From an uncultured Actinomycetes bacterium (lineage in GTDB: Bacteria > Actinomycetota > UBA4738 > HRBIN12), in assembly GCA_963704725.1 (NCBI GenBank), contig OY969934.1:1248001-1312000 (forward strand): a stretch of 64,000 nucleotides of DNA. Reading direction: 5' to 3'. Below the pieces are notes generated by a model. It made no database searches. It saw only the letters and a program-made list of their open reading frames with translations, and was not told the DNA's origin. How positions within the stretch are numbered: position 1 is the first letter of the stretch; each line of letters opens with the position of its first letter. The position numbers and the translations under genes were made by a program. Below are positions 1-10,014 of the stretch, one piece after another.

Positions 1-2
1 AG

Positions 3-1307
3 CACGCCGGGCTCACGATGTACGGGCAGATGACGGCGGGGTCGTGGATCTACATCGGGACCCAGGGCATCCTCCAGGGCACGTACGAGACCTTCGGCGA
101 GGCCGCCCAGCAGCGGTTCGGGGGGTCGCTCAAGGGCACCGTGACGCTCACGGGAGGGCTCGGGGGCATGGGCGGGGCCCAGCCCCTGGCCGTGACGATG
201 AACGAGGGGGTCGTCCTGTGCGTGGAGGTCGACCCGTCCAGGATCGAGCGACGGATCAAGACACGGTACCTGGACCGCGAGACGGACGACCTCGCACAGG
301 CGCTGACGTGGACCGAGGAGGCTCGGGCCGCGGGCGAGGCGATCTCGATCGGCCTCGTCGGCAACTGCGCCGACGTGCTGCCCGAGCTGCTGGACCGGGG
401 GTTCCGGCCCGACCTCGTCACCGATCAGACGAGCGCCCACGACCCGCTCGGGGGCTACGTCCCCGCCGGGCTCTCGCTCGAGGAGGCGGCCTCGCTCCGG
501 GAGCGAGACCCGGCCGAGTACCAGGACCGCGCCCACCGCTCGATGGCCCGGCACGTCGAGGCCATGGTCGGGTTCCTCGACGCGGGGGCGTTGGTGTTCG
601 ACTACGGGAACAACCTCCGGGCCGGCGCCGAGGTCGGGGGGTACGACCGCGCCTACGCCTACCCGGGGTTCGTCCCGGCGTTCGTCCGGCCGATGTTCTG
701 CGAGGGAAAGGGGCCGTTCCGGTGGGCCGCGCTGTCCGGCGACCCCGAGGACATCCTCAAGACGGACGCCGCCGTGGCGGGGCTGTTCCCGGGGAACGAA
801 CGGCTGCAGCGATGGCTGGCCATGGCGGAGGAGCGCGTGGCGTACCAGGGCCTGCCCGCCCGGATCTGCTGGCTCGGCTACGGCGAGCGGGCCAAGGCGG
901 GCCTTCGGTTCAACGAGATGGTGGCGAGCGGAGAGCTCTCGGCGCCGATCGTGATCGGGCGGGACCACCTCGACTCCGGAAGCGTGGCCAGCCCGTACCG
1001 GGAGACCGAGGCCATGAAGGACGGCTCGGACGCGATCGCCGACTGGCCGATCCTCAACGCGCTGCTGAACACCGCGGCCGGCGCCCACTGGGTGAGCGTC
1101 CACCACGGCGGGGGCGTGGGGATCGGGTACTCGATCCACGCCGGCATGGTCGTGGTGGCCGACGGCACCGAGGAGTCGGCCTATCGCCTCGAGCGCGTCC
1201 TCACCACGGACCCCGGCACGGGCGTGATGCGCCACGCCGACGCCGGCTACGAGGAGGCGCTCGCCGTGGCGAAGGAGCGGGGCGTCCGGCTGCCCTGGCT
1301 GGAGTAG
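3..1307 (+). CDS. hutU: urocanate hydratase (5' end lies outside the window)
   Basis: Motifs [54 protein letters not shown]; frame open to the window edge. Confidence 0.97.
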   Translation, partial: HAGLTMYGQMTAGSWIYIGTQGILQGTYETFGEAAQQRFGGSLKGTVTLTGGLGGMGGAQPLAVTMNEGVVLCVEVDPSRIERRIKTRYLDRETDDLAQALTWTEEARAAGEAISIGLVGNCADVLPELLDRGFRPDLVTDQTSAHDPLGGYVPAGLSLEEAASLRERDPAEYQDRAHRSMARHVEAMVGFLDAGALVFDYGNNLRAGAEVGGYDRAYAYPGFVPAFVRPMFCEGKGPFRWAALSGDPEDILKTDAAVAGLFPGNERLQRWLAMAEERVAYQGLPARICWLGYGERAKAGLRFNEMVASGELSAPIVIGRDHLDSGSVASPYRETEAMKDGSDAIADWPILNALLNTAAGAHWVSVHHGGGVGIGYSIHAGMVVVADGTEESAYRLERVLTTDPGTGVMRHADAGYEEALAVAKERGVRLPWLE

Positions 1308-1319
1308 GTGCGGCTCTGC

Positions 1320-2075
1320 CTACCTCGTGTCCGACACGCGCTTCGTCAGCTCTCCGACGATCCACGATCGCTCGACCTCGGCGTCGGGCAGACCCCGGTC
1401 GCCGAGCCCGAGGGCACGCGCGGTCGCCGCGTAGAGCCTCGGCCCGGATCGATACCGTCGGGATCGGCCGTTGCCCTGCGGACGCAGGAGTCCAGCCGCG
1501 ACGGCCCCGGCGAGGTCGTTGGTCGCCGTCGCGACACTCACGTCGGCGAGGGGCCGGTAGTACCGGGGCGTCACGTCCCGGCCGAAGAACCCATCCCAGA
1601 CGGCGTTGGTCACGCGCGCGTCGAGGCCCGCATCCAGGATCGTCTGTTCGAGCGCCAACCAGAGCTGCCGCTGAACCCGCTCGCGGAGATCGAGTGCGCG
1701 AACCTGGTGAACCTGCGCCTCGATGTGCGAGCGTAGGAAGCTCGTCACATCCCTGTTGGGGTCGAACGTCGTCCCGAGCGAATCGAAGGACGCGTAGTAG
1801 TCCTCGAGGTGCCGGCCCCACCACTCCTCGAGAGACGTGAACTCGGGCAGCCTGAACCCGCCTCGGTACATGGCCAACGATGCGGCGACCCTCGACGTTC
1901 GTCCGTTTCCGTCCCGGAACGGGTGGATCGCCGCCAGCGCCACGTGGATCCAGGCGGCACCGACGGCCGGGTGTGCGTGCCCGCCCTCCATCGACGCGCA
2001 GGCGAGGTCCACGAGCTCGGCCAGCTGCTGCGAGGCGGGTGGCTCGAAGACGGTGTCGCCCGACCGTCGATTCAC
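1320..2075 (-). CDS. Fic-domain protein with C-terminal winged HTH; appears N-terminally truncated (possible pseudogene)
   Basis: Canonical HPFRDGNGRTSR Fic motif. Fic-like sequence (GRFREGPTFIV) continues upstream of the GTG to ~2110, then meets an in-frame stop at ~2140. Confidence 0.8.
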   Translation of the reverse strand: MNRRSGDTVFEPPASQQLAELVDLACASMEGGHAHPAVGAAWIHVALAAIHPFRDGNGRTSRVAASLAMYRGGFRLPEFTSLEEWWGRHLEDYYASFDSLGTTFDPNRDVTSFLRSHIEAQVHQVRALDLRERVQRQLWLALEQTILDAGLDARVTNAVWDGFFGRDVTPRYYRPLADVSVATATNDLAGAVAAGLLRPQGNGRSRRYRSGPRLYAATARALGLGDRGLPDAEVERSWIVGELTKRVSDTR

Positions 2076-2124
2076 GATGAAGGTCGGGCCCTCGCGGAAT
2101 CGACCCGCGCCGGCGCCTACTCCT

Positions 2125-2148
2125 AATCTCCTAGGAATTCAGGAGATT
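2125..2148. promoter_or_regulatory. AT-rich inverted repeat AATCTCCT-N8-AGGAGATT, operator-like
   Basis: Perfect 8-bp arms in an AT-rich patch upstream of the Fic ORF. Confidence 0.4.
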
Positions 2149-2202
2149 GTTCGCCGATTCACCTACCACGCGGCGATATCACGCACGGTCGGAAGGGCAG
2201 CG

Positions 2203-2679
2203 TCAAGCCCGGCCGCCGTTGCCGGAGGCGTGGTCGGCCGCCTCCGACGAGGCGTAGCCGGGATCCGTCCGGTACACGAGGTAGTCGACGGAGGCCCAGA
2301 TCGACTTCGAGAAGGGCCAGAACAGGAGCGGAACGACGATCGCGACGCCGATCGAGGCGATCGTCAGCGCGGCCACGTGCACGTCGGGCAGGTCGACGAC
2401 GAGCCAGACGATCAGCAGCGCGAGCCACACGACCGCCGTGACCCCATAGTTCACGACCATCGCGCCGAGGAACCCGCCCTCCTCCCGTTCCAGGCGGAGG
2501 CCGCACCGCGGGCAGCGCTGCCGGATCCTGAACCAGGACGCGAAGAGCCCGCCCCCACCGCATCGGGGGCACCGCCGGACCGCCCCGCGCGCCAACGTGG
2601 CGAACCCGCCCGGCCCCCTGCTGGGGCGGTCAGCGGACGGAGCCGCCGGGCGGTCGAGGTCGTCGAACGGCCCGCTCAT
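2203..2679 (-). CDS. DUF983-like membrane protein with zinc ribbon
   Basis: CPRCGGGGLF...CPRCGL followed by two hydrophobic helices. Confidence 0.75.
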   Translation of the reverse strand: MSGPFDDLDRPAAPSADRPSRGPGGFATLARGAVRRCPRCGGGGLFASWFRIRQRCPRCGLRLEREEGGFLGAMVVNYGVTAVVWLALLIVWLVVDLPDVHVAALTIASIGVAIVVPLLFWPFSKSIWASVDYLVYRTDPGYASSEAADHASGNGGRA

Positions 2680-2740
2680 CGGTTCCTACCGTACGCGCCG
2701 GCGTCCCGCGGGCGGAAGGGAACCGCTAGCCTTCGGAGCC

Positions 2741-4273
2741 GTGCCGGTACGCGTGGGAGAGCCGCTGTCGCTTCGCGACGTCGTCGAGGTCGCGAACGGC
2801 GGCGCCGTCGAGCTCGGCCCGGCCGCGGCCGAGCGGATCCGGGCGGCGCGCGCGGTGGTGGAGCGCGTCGTCGCCTCGAACGCGACCGTCTACGGCGTCA
2901 CCACGGGGTTCGGCAGCCTGGCGAACGTGCGCATCGATCCCGGCGAGGCCGACGCGCTCCAGCGCGCCATCGTCCGGTCCCACGCGACGGCCGTCGGCCG
3001 TCCGCTCTCCCGGCAGGAGGCGCGGGCGATGCTGCTGCTCCGGGCGCACGTGCTCGCGCTCGGCCACTCGGGCGTGCGCGTGGAGATCGTCGAGCGGATG
3101 GTCGAGCTGCTCAACCTCGACCTCGTGCCGGTCGTGCCCGAGCAGGGCTCGCTCGGCGCCTCCGGCGACCTGGCGCCGCTGGCGAACCTGGCGCTCCCGC
3201 TCCTCGGGCTCGGTCGGGTGTTCGAAGGACCGGAGCCGGAGCCGGTGCCGGCCGTGGACGCGCTCGCGCGGGCCGGCCTCGCGCCGATCGAGCTGCGCGC
3301 GAAGGAGGGGCTCGCGCTCGTCAACGGCACCCAGGGGATGCTGGCGATCGGAGTCCTCGCGGCGGATCGCGCCGCCCGGCTCGTCCGCACCGGCGAGGCC
3401 GTGGCCGCGATGAGCATCGAGGCGGCGCTCGGCTCGGACCGGGTGTTCGACGAGCGGCTCGTGTCGCTTCGGCCGCACCCGGGCGTGATCGCGTCCGCCT
3501 CGAACCTGCGACGGCTCCTCGCCGACAGCGAGATCGTGGCGTCGCACCGCGACGACCCGCATCTCGTGCAGGACGCGTACTCGCTCCGCTGCGCGCCCCA
3601 GGTGATCGGTGCGACGCGGGACGCGCTCCGGTACGCGACGTCCGTGCTCGAGGTCGAGGCGAACGCCGTCTCCGACAACCCGATCGTGCTCGCCGACGGC
3701 GACGAGATCCTGTCCGGCGGCAACTTCCACGGGCAGCCCGTGGCCGTGGCGCTCGACGCCCTCGCCGTGGCGATCGTTCCGCTGGCCGGCATCGCCGAGC
3801 GCCGCCTCTACCGCATGCTCGATCCGGTGCGCAGCAACGGGCTTCCGGCGTTCCTGGTGCAGCGGAGCGGCGTGAACTCGGGGTTCATGCTCGTGCAGTA
3901 CACCGCCGCGTCGCTGGTCTCGGAGTGCAAGAGCCTGGCGCATCCCGCGTCGGTGGACTCGATCGACTCGTCGGCGGGTCAGGAGGACCACGTGAGCATG
4001 GGCATGACCGCCGCCCGGCACGCCCGCGACGTGGTCGCGAACGCCGAGGTGGTCGTGGCGCTCGAGGCGATGGCGGCGGCGCAGGCCCTGGACCTCCGGT
4101 TGCCGCTCGAGCCCGCCTCCGGCACGCGCGCCGCCCGCGACGCGATCCGTGCCCGGGTCCCGTTCCTCGACGCCGACCGCGAGCTGGGACCGGACATCGA
4201 GGCCACCGTGGACCTGGTGCGGAGCGGCGAGCTCGTCACCGCGGTCGAGGGGGCGGTCGGCCCGCTGGAGTGA
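2741..4273 (+). CDS. hutH: histidine ammonia-lyase
   Basis: YGVTTGFG, MIO-forming ASG in GASGDLAPL, QDAYSLRC, GGNFHGQP, QEDHVSMG; GTG start 8 nt after TAGCCT. Confidence 0.96.
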   Translation: MPVRVGEPLSLRDVVEVANGGAVELGPAAAERIRAARAVVERVVASNATVYGVTTGFGSLANVRIDPGEADALQRAIVRSHATAVGRPLSRQEARAMLLLRAHVLALGHSGVRVEIVERMVELLNLDLVPVVPEQGSLGASGDLAPLANLALPLLGLGRVFEGPEPEPVPAVDALARAGLAPIELRAKEGLALVNGTQGMLAIGVLAADRAARLVRTGEAVAAMSIEAALGSDRVFDERLVSLRPHPGVIASASNLRRLLADSEIVASHRDDPHLVQDAYSLRCAPQVIGATRDALRYATSVLEVEANAVSDNPIVLADGDEILSGGNFHGQPVAVALDALAVAIVPLAGIAERRLYRMLDPVRSNGLPAFLVQRSGVNSGFMLVQYTAASLVSECKSLAHPASVDSIDSSAGQEDHVSMGMTAARHARDVVANAEVVVALEAMAAAQALDLRLPLEPASGTRAARDAIRARVPFLDADRELGPDIEATVDLVRSGELVTAVEGAVGPLE

Positions 4274-4280
4274 CCGGCCG

Positions 4281-5441
4281 TCAGTGGTACACGACCACGC
4301 GCGTCCCGTAGTCCGCGAGGCCGTACACCCAGAGCGCGTTCCAGTAGGGGATCCGGACGCAGCCGTGGCTCGCCGCGTAGGTCGGCACGTCCGTCCAGCC
4401 GTGCAGCGCCCGGTTCCCGTCGAAGAAGCTCGGGTAGTAGAGATGGTTCGGGCTGAACCCGGCGATCTTGCGGACGACATGGAAGAGCCCGTCCCGGGTG
4501 GGGGTGCTCGGCTTGCCGGTTGAGACGTGCAGGATGTCGATGATCTCGCCCTCGGAGACCGCGTACAGGACCTGGCGTGTCTGGTCCACCTCGAAGTGGA
4601 AGTCGTGCCAGGTCCGGCGGGGCCGGGGGGTCCTTGGGTCGGCCAGCGCCCGCCACGTGGCCGTATCGACGGAGGAGGTCCGGCTCATCCCCTGCACCTT
4701 GTGGAACGCGATGACGGCGTCCCCGGTGCGCGAGTCGTAGAGGCCGTCCGTCGCGCCGACCAGCCGGTAGTGCAGCTCGACGAGTCGCGCCTCCAGCGCT
4801 CGGACGGGGGCGCCGCGCGAGCCGACGTGCAGGGACGGCATCGCCGTCGCCTGCGGATCCGTCACGTCGACGTCTCCCACCAGGTCCTCGGCGGCGAACG
4901 ACGCGCGGGCCCGGTAGGTCCCCGGCTGCGTCGTCCGGAACGTGGCGTGGAATCCGCCGGCGCTTCCCATCGCGACCCGGCGCTCCTGGAGGACGCGCCC
5001 GCCCTGCACGAGCGCGACGTCCACGGGCTCGCCGGGCCTCGCGGGCCTGACCGAGCCGCGGATCGAGACGCGACCGAACAGCCGGATCTCCGACATCCGC
5101 ACCGCGACGACCGCGCGCACCGAGACCGTCACCTCGCCGCTCGCGGCCCCGTTCCACTCCGCGTGGTACGCGTCCGTTCGCTGCGGCTGGACGGAGACCG
5201 AGAACCGGCCGCCGGCGTCCGTCGTCGCGGTGCCGACCGCCTGGCCCGTCCCGTTCAGGACGCGGACGCTCTGGCCGGCGGACGGCGGCGAGATCTCGCC
5301 GGACAGCTCCACCCGAGCCCCGATCGAAACCCGATGGACCGACGTCTCGAGCGTGACGGACCCGGTCGTCTGCGCCCCGGCGGCGATCGGCCACGCCATG
5401 GCGGCGACGAGCAGGACGGCGAGCGGGAGGGGTCGCCTCAT
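4281..5441 (-). CDS. secreted L,D-transpeptidase (YkuD family) with Ig-like and peptidoglycan-binding domains
   Basis: Signal peptide MRRPLPLAVLL; ALHG...SHGCVR catalytic motif; ATGA overlap with hutI. Confidence 0.88.
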   Translation of the reverse strand: MRRPLPLAVLLVAAMAWPIAAGAQTTGSVTLETSVHRVSIGARVELSGEISPPSAGQSVRVLNGTGQAVGTATTDAGGRFSVSVQPQRTDAYHAEWNGAASGEVTVSVRAVVAVRMSEIRLFGRVSIRGSVRPARPGEPVDVALVQGGRVLQERRVAMGSAGGFHATFRTTQPGTYRARASFAAEDLVGDVDVTDPQATAMPSLHVGSRGAPVRALEARLVELHYRLVGATDGLYDSRTGDAVIAFHKVQGMSRTSSVDTATWRALADPRTPRPRRTWHDFHFEVDQTRQVLYAVSEGEIIDILHVSTGKPSTPTRDGLFHVVRKIAGFSPNHLYYPSFFDGNRALHGWTDVPTYAASHGCVRIPYWNALWVYGLADYGTRVVVYH

Positions 5442-6673
5442 CGTCCTCCCACCCTCCTTCCTCCGACGTAGGTGTGCAGCACCGGATCGTGGCCCGGCCG
5501 GTACGGCACGTCGCGGACCCCGACCCCGTCGAGCACCACGAGGTCGGCGCGCATGCCGGGAGCCAGGGTACCGTGCGCGGCATCGAGACCCAGGACCCAC
5601 GCGGCGTTGACCGTGGTCGCGGCAAGGGCCTCGAGCGGCGTCATCGCGTACAGCGAGCAGGCGACGGCGATCGCCTCCGGCATCGAGACGACCGGGGACG
5701 TTCCGGGGTTGCAGTCGGTGGCGACCGCGATCGCCGCCCCGGCCCCGACGAGCGCCCGGACGTCCGGCGGCGAGGAGCGCAGGAACAGCGTCGAGGTGGG
5801 CAACACCACGGCGGCGGTCGAGGGCGCGCCACCCAGCGCGGCGATGCCGGCGGGGGAGACCCGGTTGAGGTGGTCGGCGCTCCTCGCGCCCAGTCCGACC
5901 GCCGCCTCGGCGGCGCCCGACGCCCCGAGCTGGTCGGCGTGGCACCGCAAGGGCAGCCCGTGCGCCGCGGCGGCCTCGCTCACCGCCCGGAGGTCGTCGA
6001 GCGAGAACGCGATGTCCTCCACGTACACGTCCACGGCGTCCGCGAGCCCCTCGGCGGCCGCGGCCGGGATCAGTTCCTCGCACACCGCCCGCACCCAGTC
6101 GGCGCGGGTCGAGCCGGAAGGGACGGCGTGACAGCAAAGGAGCGTCACCGTGCACGTCTGCGGGGCTTCGGCGGCGAGCCGTCGCGCCAGCCGCGCCTGG
6201 CGCAGCTCGGCCTCGACCGACAGGCCGTAGCCGGTCTTGAGCTCGAGCGCGGTGGTGCCGTGGTCGGCCATCTCCTGCACGAGCGGCCGGCAGAACGCGA
6301 GCACCTCGTCGTCGGAGGCCGCGGCCAACAGGCGGGCGCTCCGGTAGATGCCGCCCTCGCCGTGGAGCTCGCGGTAGGAGACGCCCAAGAGCCGGGCCTC
6401 GAACTCGTCGGCCCGCCACCCGACGAACGGCAGGTGCGTGTGGCAGTCCACGAACCCGGGGACGATCGTGCAGCCCTCGAACCACTCCGGCTCGATCCCG
6501 GCCAGGTCCTCCGCCGGCCCCACGAACGTGACGATCCCGTCCTCCCAGGCGACGGCGCTCGGGGCGCCCGTCTCGCGGGCCCACGGGCCGTCGCCGCGGG
6601 CGATGCCGGCGGGCGTGGCGAGGTTCGAGGCGGCGACGGCGCCGCGGGCGGGCTCGGGCACGGCGCCATCCAA
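5438..6673 (-). CDS. hutI: imidazolonepropionase
   Basis: PGFVDCHTHL, ELKTGYGL, HADQL, SADHL, ATDCNPGTSP. Confidence 0.93.
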   Translation of the reverse strand: MDGAVPEPARGAVAASNLATPAGIARGDGPWARETGAPSAVAWEDGIVTFVGPAEDLAGIEPEWFEGCTIVPGFVDCHTHLPFVGWRADEFEARLLGVSYRELHGEGGIYRSARLLAAASDDEVLAFCRPLVQEMADHGTTALELKTGYGLSVEAELRQARLARRLAAEAPQTCTVTLLCCHAVPSGSTRADWVRAVCEELIPAAAAEGLADAVDVYVEDIAFSLDDLRAVSEAAAAHGLPLRCHADQLGASGAAEAAVGLGARSADHLNRVSPAGIAALGGAPSTAAVVLPTSTLFLRSSPPDVRALVGAGAAIAVATDCNPGTSPVVSMPEAIAVACSLYAMTPLEALAATTVNAAWVLGLDAAHGTLAPGMRADLVVLDGVGVRDVPYRPGHDPVLHTYVGGRRVGGR

Positions 6674-6717
6674 GGGCAGCGGGCGATGGGGCGCAAGCGC
6701 GTCCGTAGACTGCGGCC

Positions 6718-7932
6718 GTGAGCGAGGGGGAGCCGGGGTTCCGCGAGGTGGTCCGGACCCCCGAGGTCCGGGCGGCCGTGGCCGGGACGTTCGTGATCAT
6801 GCTCGGCTTCGGCATCGTCTCGCCGGTCCTGCCGAGCTACGCGCGGAGCTTCGGCGTCGACAAGGCCGCGGTCGGCCTCCTGATCTCGGTCTTCGCCTTC
6901 GCCCGGCTCGTGGCTGATCCGTTCGTCGGTCGCTTCATCGATCGGCACGGCGAACGGGCCATGACGACCCTCGGCGCCGGGATCGTCGGCCTCTCCTCGA
7001 TCGCCGCGGGTCTCGCGCCGAACTTCCCGCTCCTGCTCCTGCTTCGGGGGCTCGGCGGCTTCGGCTCCTCCCTCTTCTTCGCCTCGCTCCTCTCGTTCCT
7101 GCTGCGAACGATCCCGCCGGAGCGATCGGGCCGGGTGATGAGCGTCTACTACGGATCGTTCAACGTGGGCTTCATCGCCGGGGGGCCGTTGGGCGGCCTG
7201 GTCGCCAACCTGTTCGGGCTCGCCAGCCCCCTGCACGTGTACGGATCGGCCTGCTTCGTGTCCGCGTGGCTGTTCTGGCGGACGATGCGCGACCCCGTGC
7301 GGCAGGACGGGGAGCGCCGCAAGGGCGGGATCCGCCGCCTGCCGTGGAGCCGGCCGCTCGTCACGGTGCTCGCCGTGAACGGCGCCTATCTGTGGATGGT
7401 GGGCGCGGTCTTCTCGACCCTCGTCCCGCTGTTCGGAAAGGACGAGGTGGGGCTCGGCCTGGGCGGCGTGGGCTTCGCGCTCGCGATCGTGACCGGGGTC
7501 GAGCTCGTCTGCCTCTTCCCTGCGGGCAAGATGACCGACCGGTCCGGGCGCAAGGCCGTGCTCGTGCCGTCGCTGGCCGGGCTGACCGCGCTCACGGCGA
7601 TCCTCGGGTTCGCCACGTCGGCGGTCGTGTTCCTGGGCCTCATGGCGGTGCTCGGCGCCTCGAGCGGGTACGCGGGCGTCCCCCCGGCACCGATGCTGTC
7701 CGACGTGACGCCGGAGGAGCTGAAGGGGTCGGCGGTCGCGATGTTCCGCCTCGTCGGCGACGTGGGCTTCGTCCTCGGACCGGTCGTTGCGGGATGGACC
7801 GCGCAGCACTTCGGCTACCCGGCCGCCTTCGCGGTGAGCGCGGCCCCCACCGCCCTGGCCCTCGGACTGGTCCTGTCGATCCCGGAGACCATGCGGCGGC
7901 TGCCGGCGACCGGCGAGGCTGCGGGGTTCTGA
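6718..7932 (+). CDS. MFS transporter (DHA1-like)
   Basis: About 12 TM segments; motif A GRFIDRHGER and GKMTDRSGRK. Confidence 0.9.
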   Translation: MSEGEPGFREVVRTPEVRAAVAGTFVIMLGFGIVSPVLPSYARSFGVDKAAVGLLISVFAFARLVADPFVGRFIDRHGERAMTTLGAGIVGLSSIAAGLAPNFPLLLLLRGLGGFGSSLFFASLLSFLLRTIPPERSGRVMSVYYGSFNVGFIAGGPLGGLVANLFGLASPLHVYGSACFVSAWLFWRTMRDPVRQDGERRKGGIRRLPWSRPLVTVLAVNGAYLWMVGAVFSTLVPLFGKDEVGLGLGGVGFALAIVTGVELVCLFPAGKMTDRSGRKAVLVPSLAGLTALTAILGFATSAVVFLGLMAVLGASSGYAGVPPAPMLSDVTPEELKGSAVAMFRLVGDVGFVLGPVVAGWTAQHFGYPAAFAVSAAPTALALGLVLSIPETMRRLPATGEAAGF

Positions 7933-7945
7933 GGAGGAGGTCGCC

Positions 7946-8377
7946 GTGCTCGTCCGCGCGTCGACGCTGATCCCCGCGACACCCCAGACGTTGTGGGACG
8001 AGCTTGTCCGGTGGGAGGACCAGGCGCGGTGGATGACGGACGCGGACTCCGTGCGCGTGCTGAGCCTGGTCCGCGAGGGCCCGGGGGTGCGCCTGGCCGT
8101 TCGGACGCGCGTGCTGAACGTGCCGCTGTTCACCGAGCAGCTCGAGGTCACCCTGTGGGATCCGCCGCGCCGGCTCGTGATCGCCCACCGGAGCTTCGTC
8201 CGAGGCCTGGGCATTTGGGCACTCACGCCGGAGGGCCCCGGCACGAGGCTGCTGTGGATGGAGCAGATCGCGCTGCCGGTGCCGTTCCTCGGCGAGCTCG
8301 CGCTGCTCGCGTACCGGCCCTTCCTCGGCCGGACGATGCGCCGGGCTCTGCAGCGCCTGGGCGCCACCTTCGGGTGA
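7946..8377 (+). CDS. SRPBCC (polyketide cyclase/START-like) family protein
   Basis: IPATPQTLWDEL..W and WDPPRR pattern; GGAGG RBS. Confidence 0.75.
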   Translation: MLVRASTLIPATPQTLWDELVRWEDQARWMTDADSVRVLSLVREGPGVRLAVRTRVLNVPLFTEQLEVTLWDPPRRLVIAHRSFVRGLGIWALTPEGPGTRLLWMEQIALPVPFLGELALLAYRPFLGRTMRRALQRLGATFG

Positions 8378-8400
8378 GGCCGGGGTAGCATCGCGGTGAC

Positions 8401-8492
8401 AGCAGGGGAGTCCGGTGCACCGGGCTGAGAGGCGGGCTGCGCGGCCCGCGACCCTTGGAACCTGATCCGGTTCACGCCGGCGGAGGGAGCGC
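8401..8492 (+). ncRNA. TPP (thiamine pyrophosphate) riboswitch
   Basis: GGGG...GGCTGAGA...GACCC.TGGAACCTGATCCGGTTCACGCCGGCGGAGGGA matches the THI-box; upstream TAGCAT -10; precedes a CytX-like transporter. Confidence 0.93.
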
Positions 8493-8494
8493 AG

Positions 8495-8563
8495 ATGGGC
8501 TCAGGTGGCGGAGCGGTAGCCCAACGAACGGCCTCGAGCAGCGCAGCGGTGGCCCGAAGCTGA
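8495..8563 (+). CDS. putative 22-aa leader uORF (MGSGGGAVAQRTASSSAAVARS)
   Basis: GGAGGGAG SD at the riboswitch 3' end; stop overlaps the transporter ATG (TGATG). Confidence 0.4.
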   Translation: MGSGGGAVAQRTASSSAAVARS

Positions 8564-10014
8564 TGGCGTCGAGCATCGCCGAGCGGTTGGAGCGGGTCCT
8601 CGAGCGCGAGGCTCCCGCGTGGGGCATCCGGCCCGTCCCGCCCGATCGCAGGACGCTGTCGGGGCTCGACCTCGCGGTCCTGTGGGGCGACCTCTCGGTC
8701 GGCCTGCTCGTGATGGTGACCGGGGCCCTCCTCGTGCCGGCCCTAGGCCTGGGGCCCGCCCTCCTCGCGATCGCCGTGGGGAGCGCCCTCGGCTGCGTCC
8801 CGCTCGCGCTCGTGGCCCTGGCCGGCGAGCGCGAGCGCGTCCCCACGATGGTGCTGCTGCGCCCCGTGCTCGGAACGCGCGGATCGTTCCTGCCCTCGGC
8901 GCTCAACGTCGTGCAGCTCGTGGGGTGGACGGCGGTCGAGTTCTGGGCCATGGGCGAGGTGGCGAACGTGGCGTCCGTGCGCCTGTTCGGGCTCGACGCG
9001 CGGAACCTGTGGGTCGCGATCGTCGCCGTGATCTGCACGGCGCTCGCCGCCGGCGGCCCGGTGCTCGTCGTCCGCCGGTGGCTCGAGCGGTTCGGGATCT
9101 ACGTGCTGATCGGCACCGCGGTGTGGATCACGGTCGAGGTGCTCCGGGCCGGAGACCTCGGCGCAGCGTGGCGGGCTCCCGGTCGGGGCGGGCTGCCGTT
9201 CTGGCTCGGCGTCGACCTCGTCCTCGTGATGCCCGTCTCGTGGCTCCCGCTCGCCGCCGACTACAACCGGTTCGCGAGGTCGGGGTCGCGCGGCGCCGCG
9301 GGGACCTACGCCGGGTACCTCGTCGGCAACGCCTGGTTCTACGGACTCGGAGTCCTGCTCGCGCTGGCCGCGGGCGCGAGCGCCGACGTCGTCGGCATCG
9401 GCTCGTCGATCGTGGCGCTCGCCGGCGGCGGGCTGGTGCTCCTCGCGCTGCTCGTGGGCGAGAGCGACAACGCGTTCGCCGACATCTACTCGGCCGCCGT
9501 CTCGGTCCAGAACGTCGCGCCCGACGTCCCGCAGCGAGGGCTGGTAGCCGTGGTCGGGGGACTGGGGTTCCTGCTCGCGCTCGTCCTGTCGATGGAGAGC
9601 TACGAGCTGTTCCTGCTCCTCGTCGGCTCGGTCTTCGTCCCTCTGTTCGGCGTGTTCGCCGCCGACTACTTCGTCCGGCGGGGCGGGGCCTACGGCGAGG
9701 ACGCCCTGTTCGCCAGCACGGGGATCCGATGGGCGGCGTTCGTCCCGTGGGCGGCGGGGTTCGTCGCCTACCACTGGAGCGTCGCGACGGGGCCGCAGGC
9801 GTGGGTGGACGCGGTCCGGACCGTCCTCGCCGACTGGCTCCGGCTGCCGTACCCGCTGTTCGGATCGCGGATCGGGGCCAGCCTGCCGAGCTTCGCCGTC
9901 GCGTTCGCGCTCGGCCTGGCCCTCGTGCGCCGGGACGCTACCCGGCGGTCGGCGCCGGAGGAGGAGGAGCCGTCACGATCAGCACGACCGCAGGATCCGG
10001 CGACGCGTTCGTGA
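8563..10014 (+). CDS. cytX: NCS1/cytosine-permease family transporter, CytX-like thiamine-precursor (HMP) uptake
   Basis: Multi-TM; SWLPLAADYNRF, DNAFADIYSAAVS, GSVFVPLFGVFAADYF; TPP riboswitch upstream. Confidence 0.8.
   Translation: MASSIAERLERVLEREAPAWGIRPVPPDRRTLSGLDLAVLWGDLSVGLLVMVTGALLVPALGLGPALLAIAVGSALGCVPLALVALAGERERVPTMVLLRPVLGTRGSFLPSALNVVQLVGWTAVEFWAMGEVANVASVRLFGLDARNLWVAIVAVICTALAAGGPVLVVRRWLERFGIYVLIGTAVWITVEVLRAGDLGAAWRAPGRGGLPFWLGVDLVLVMPVSWLPLAADYNRFARSGSRGAAGTYAGYLVGNAWFYGLGVLLALAAGASADVVGIGSSIVALAGGGLVLLALLVGESDNAFADIYSAAVSVQNVAPDVPQRGLVAVVGGLGFLLALVLSMESYELFLLLVGSVFVPLFGVFAADYFVRRGGAYGEDALFASTGIRWAAFVPWAAGFVAYHWSVATGPQAWVDAVRTVLADWLRLPYPLFGSRIGASLPSFAVAFALGLALVRRDATRRSAPEEEEPSRSARPQDPATRS

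Noticed and set aside
9938-10014. 77-bp convergent overlap of the transporter and cupin genes (also ndh/CBS at 51043-51059)
   Set aside because: Low-complexity tails running on in GC-rich DNA; common and uninformative
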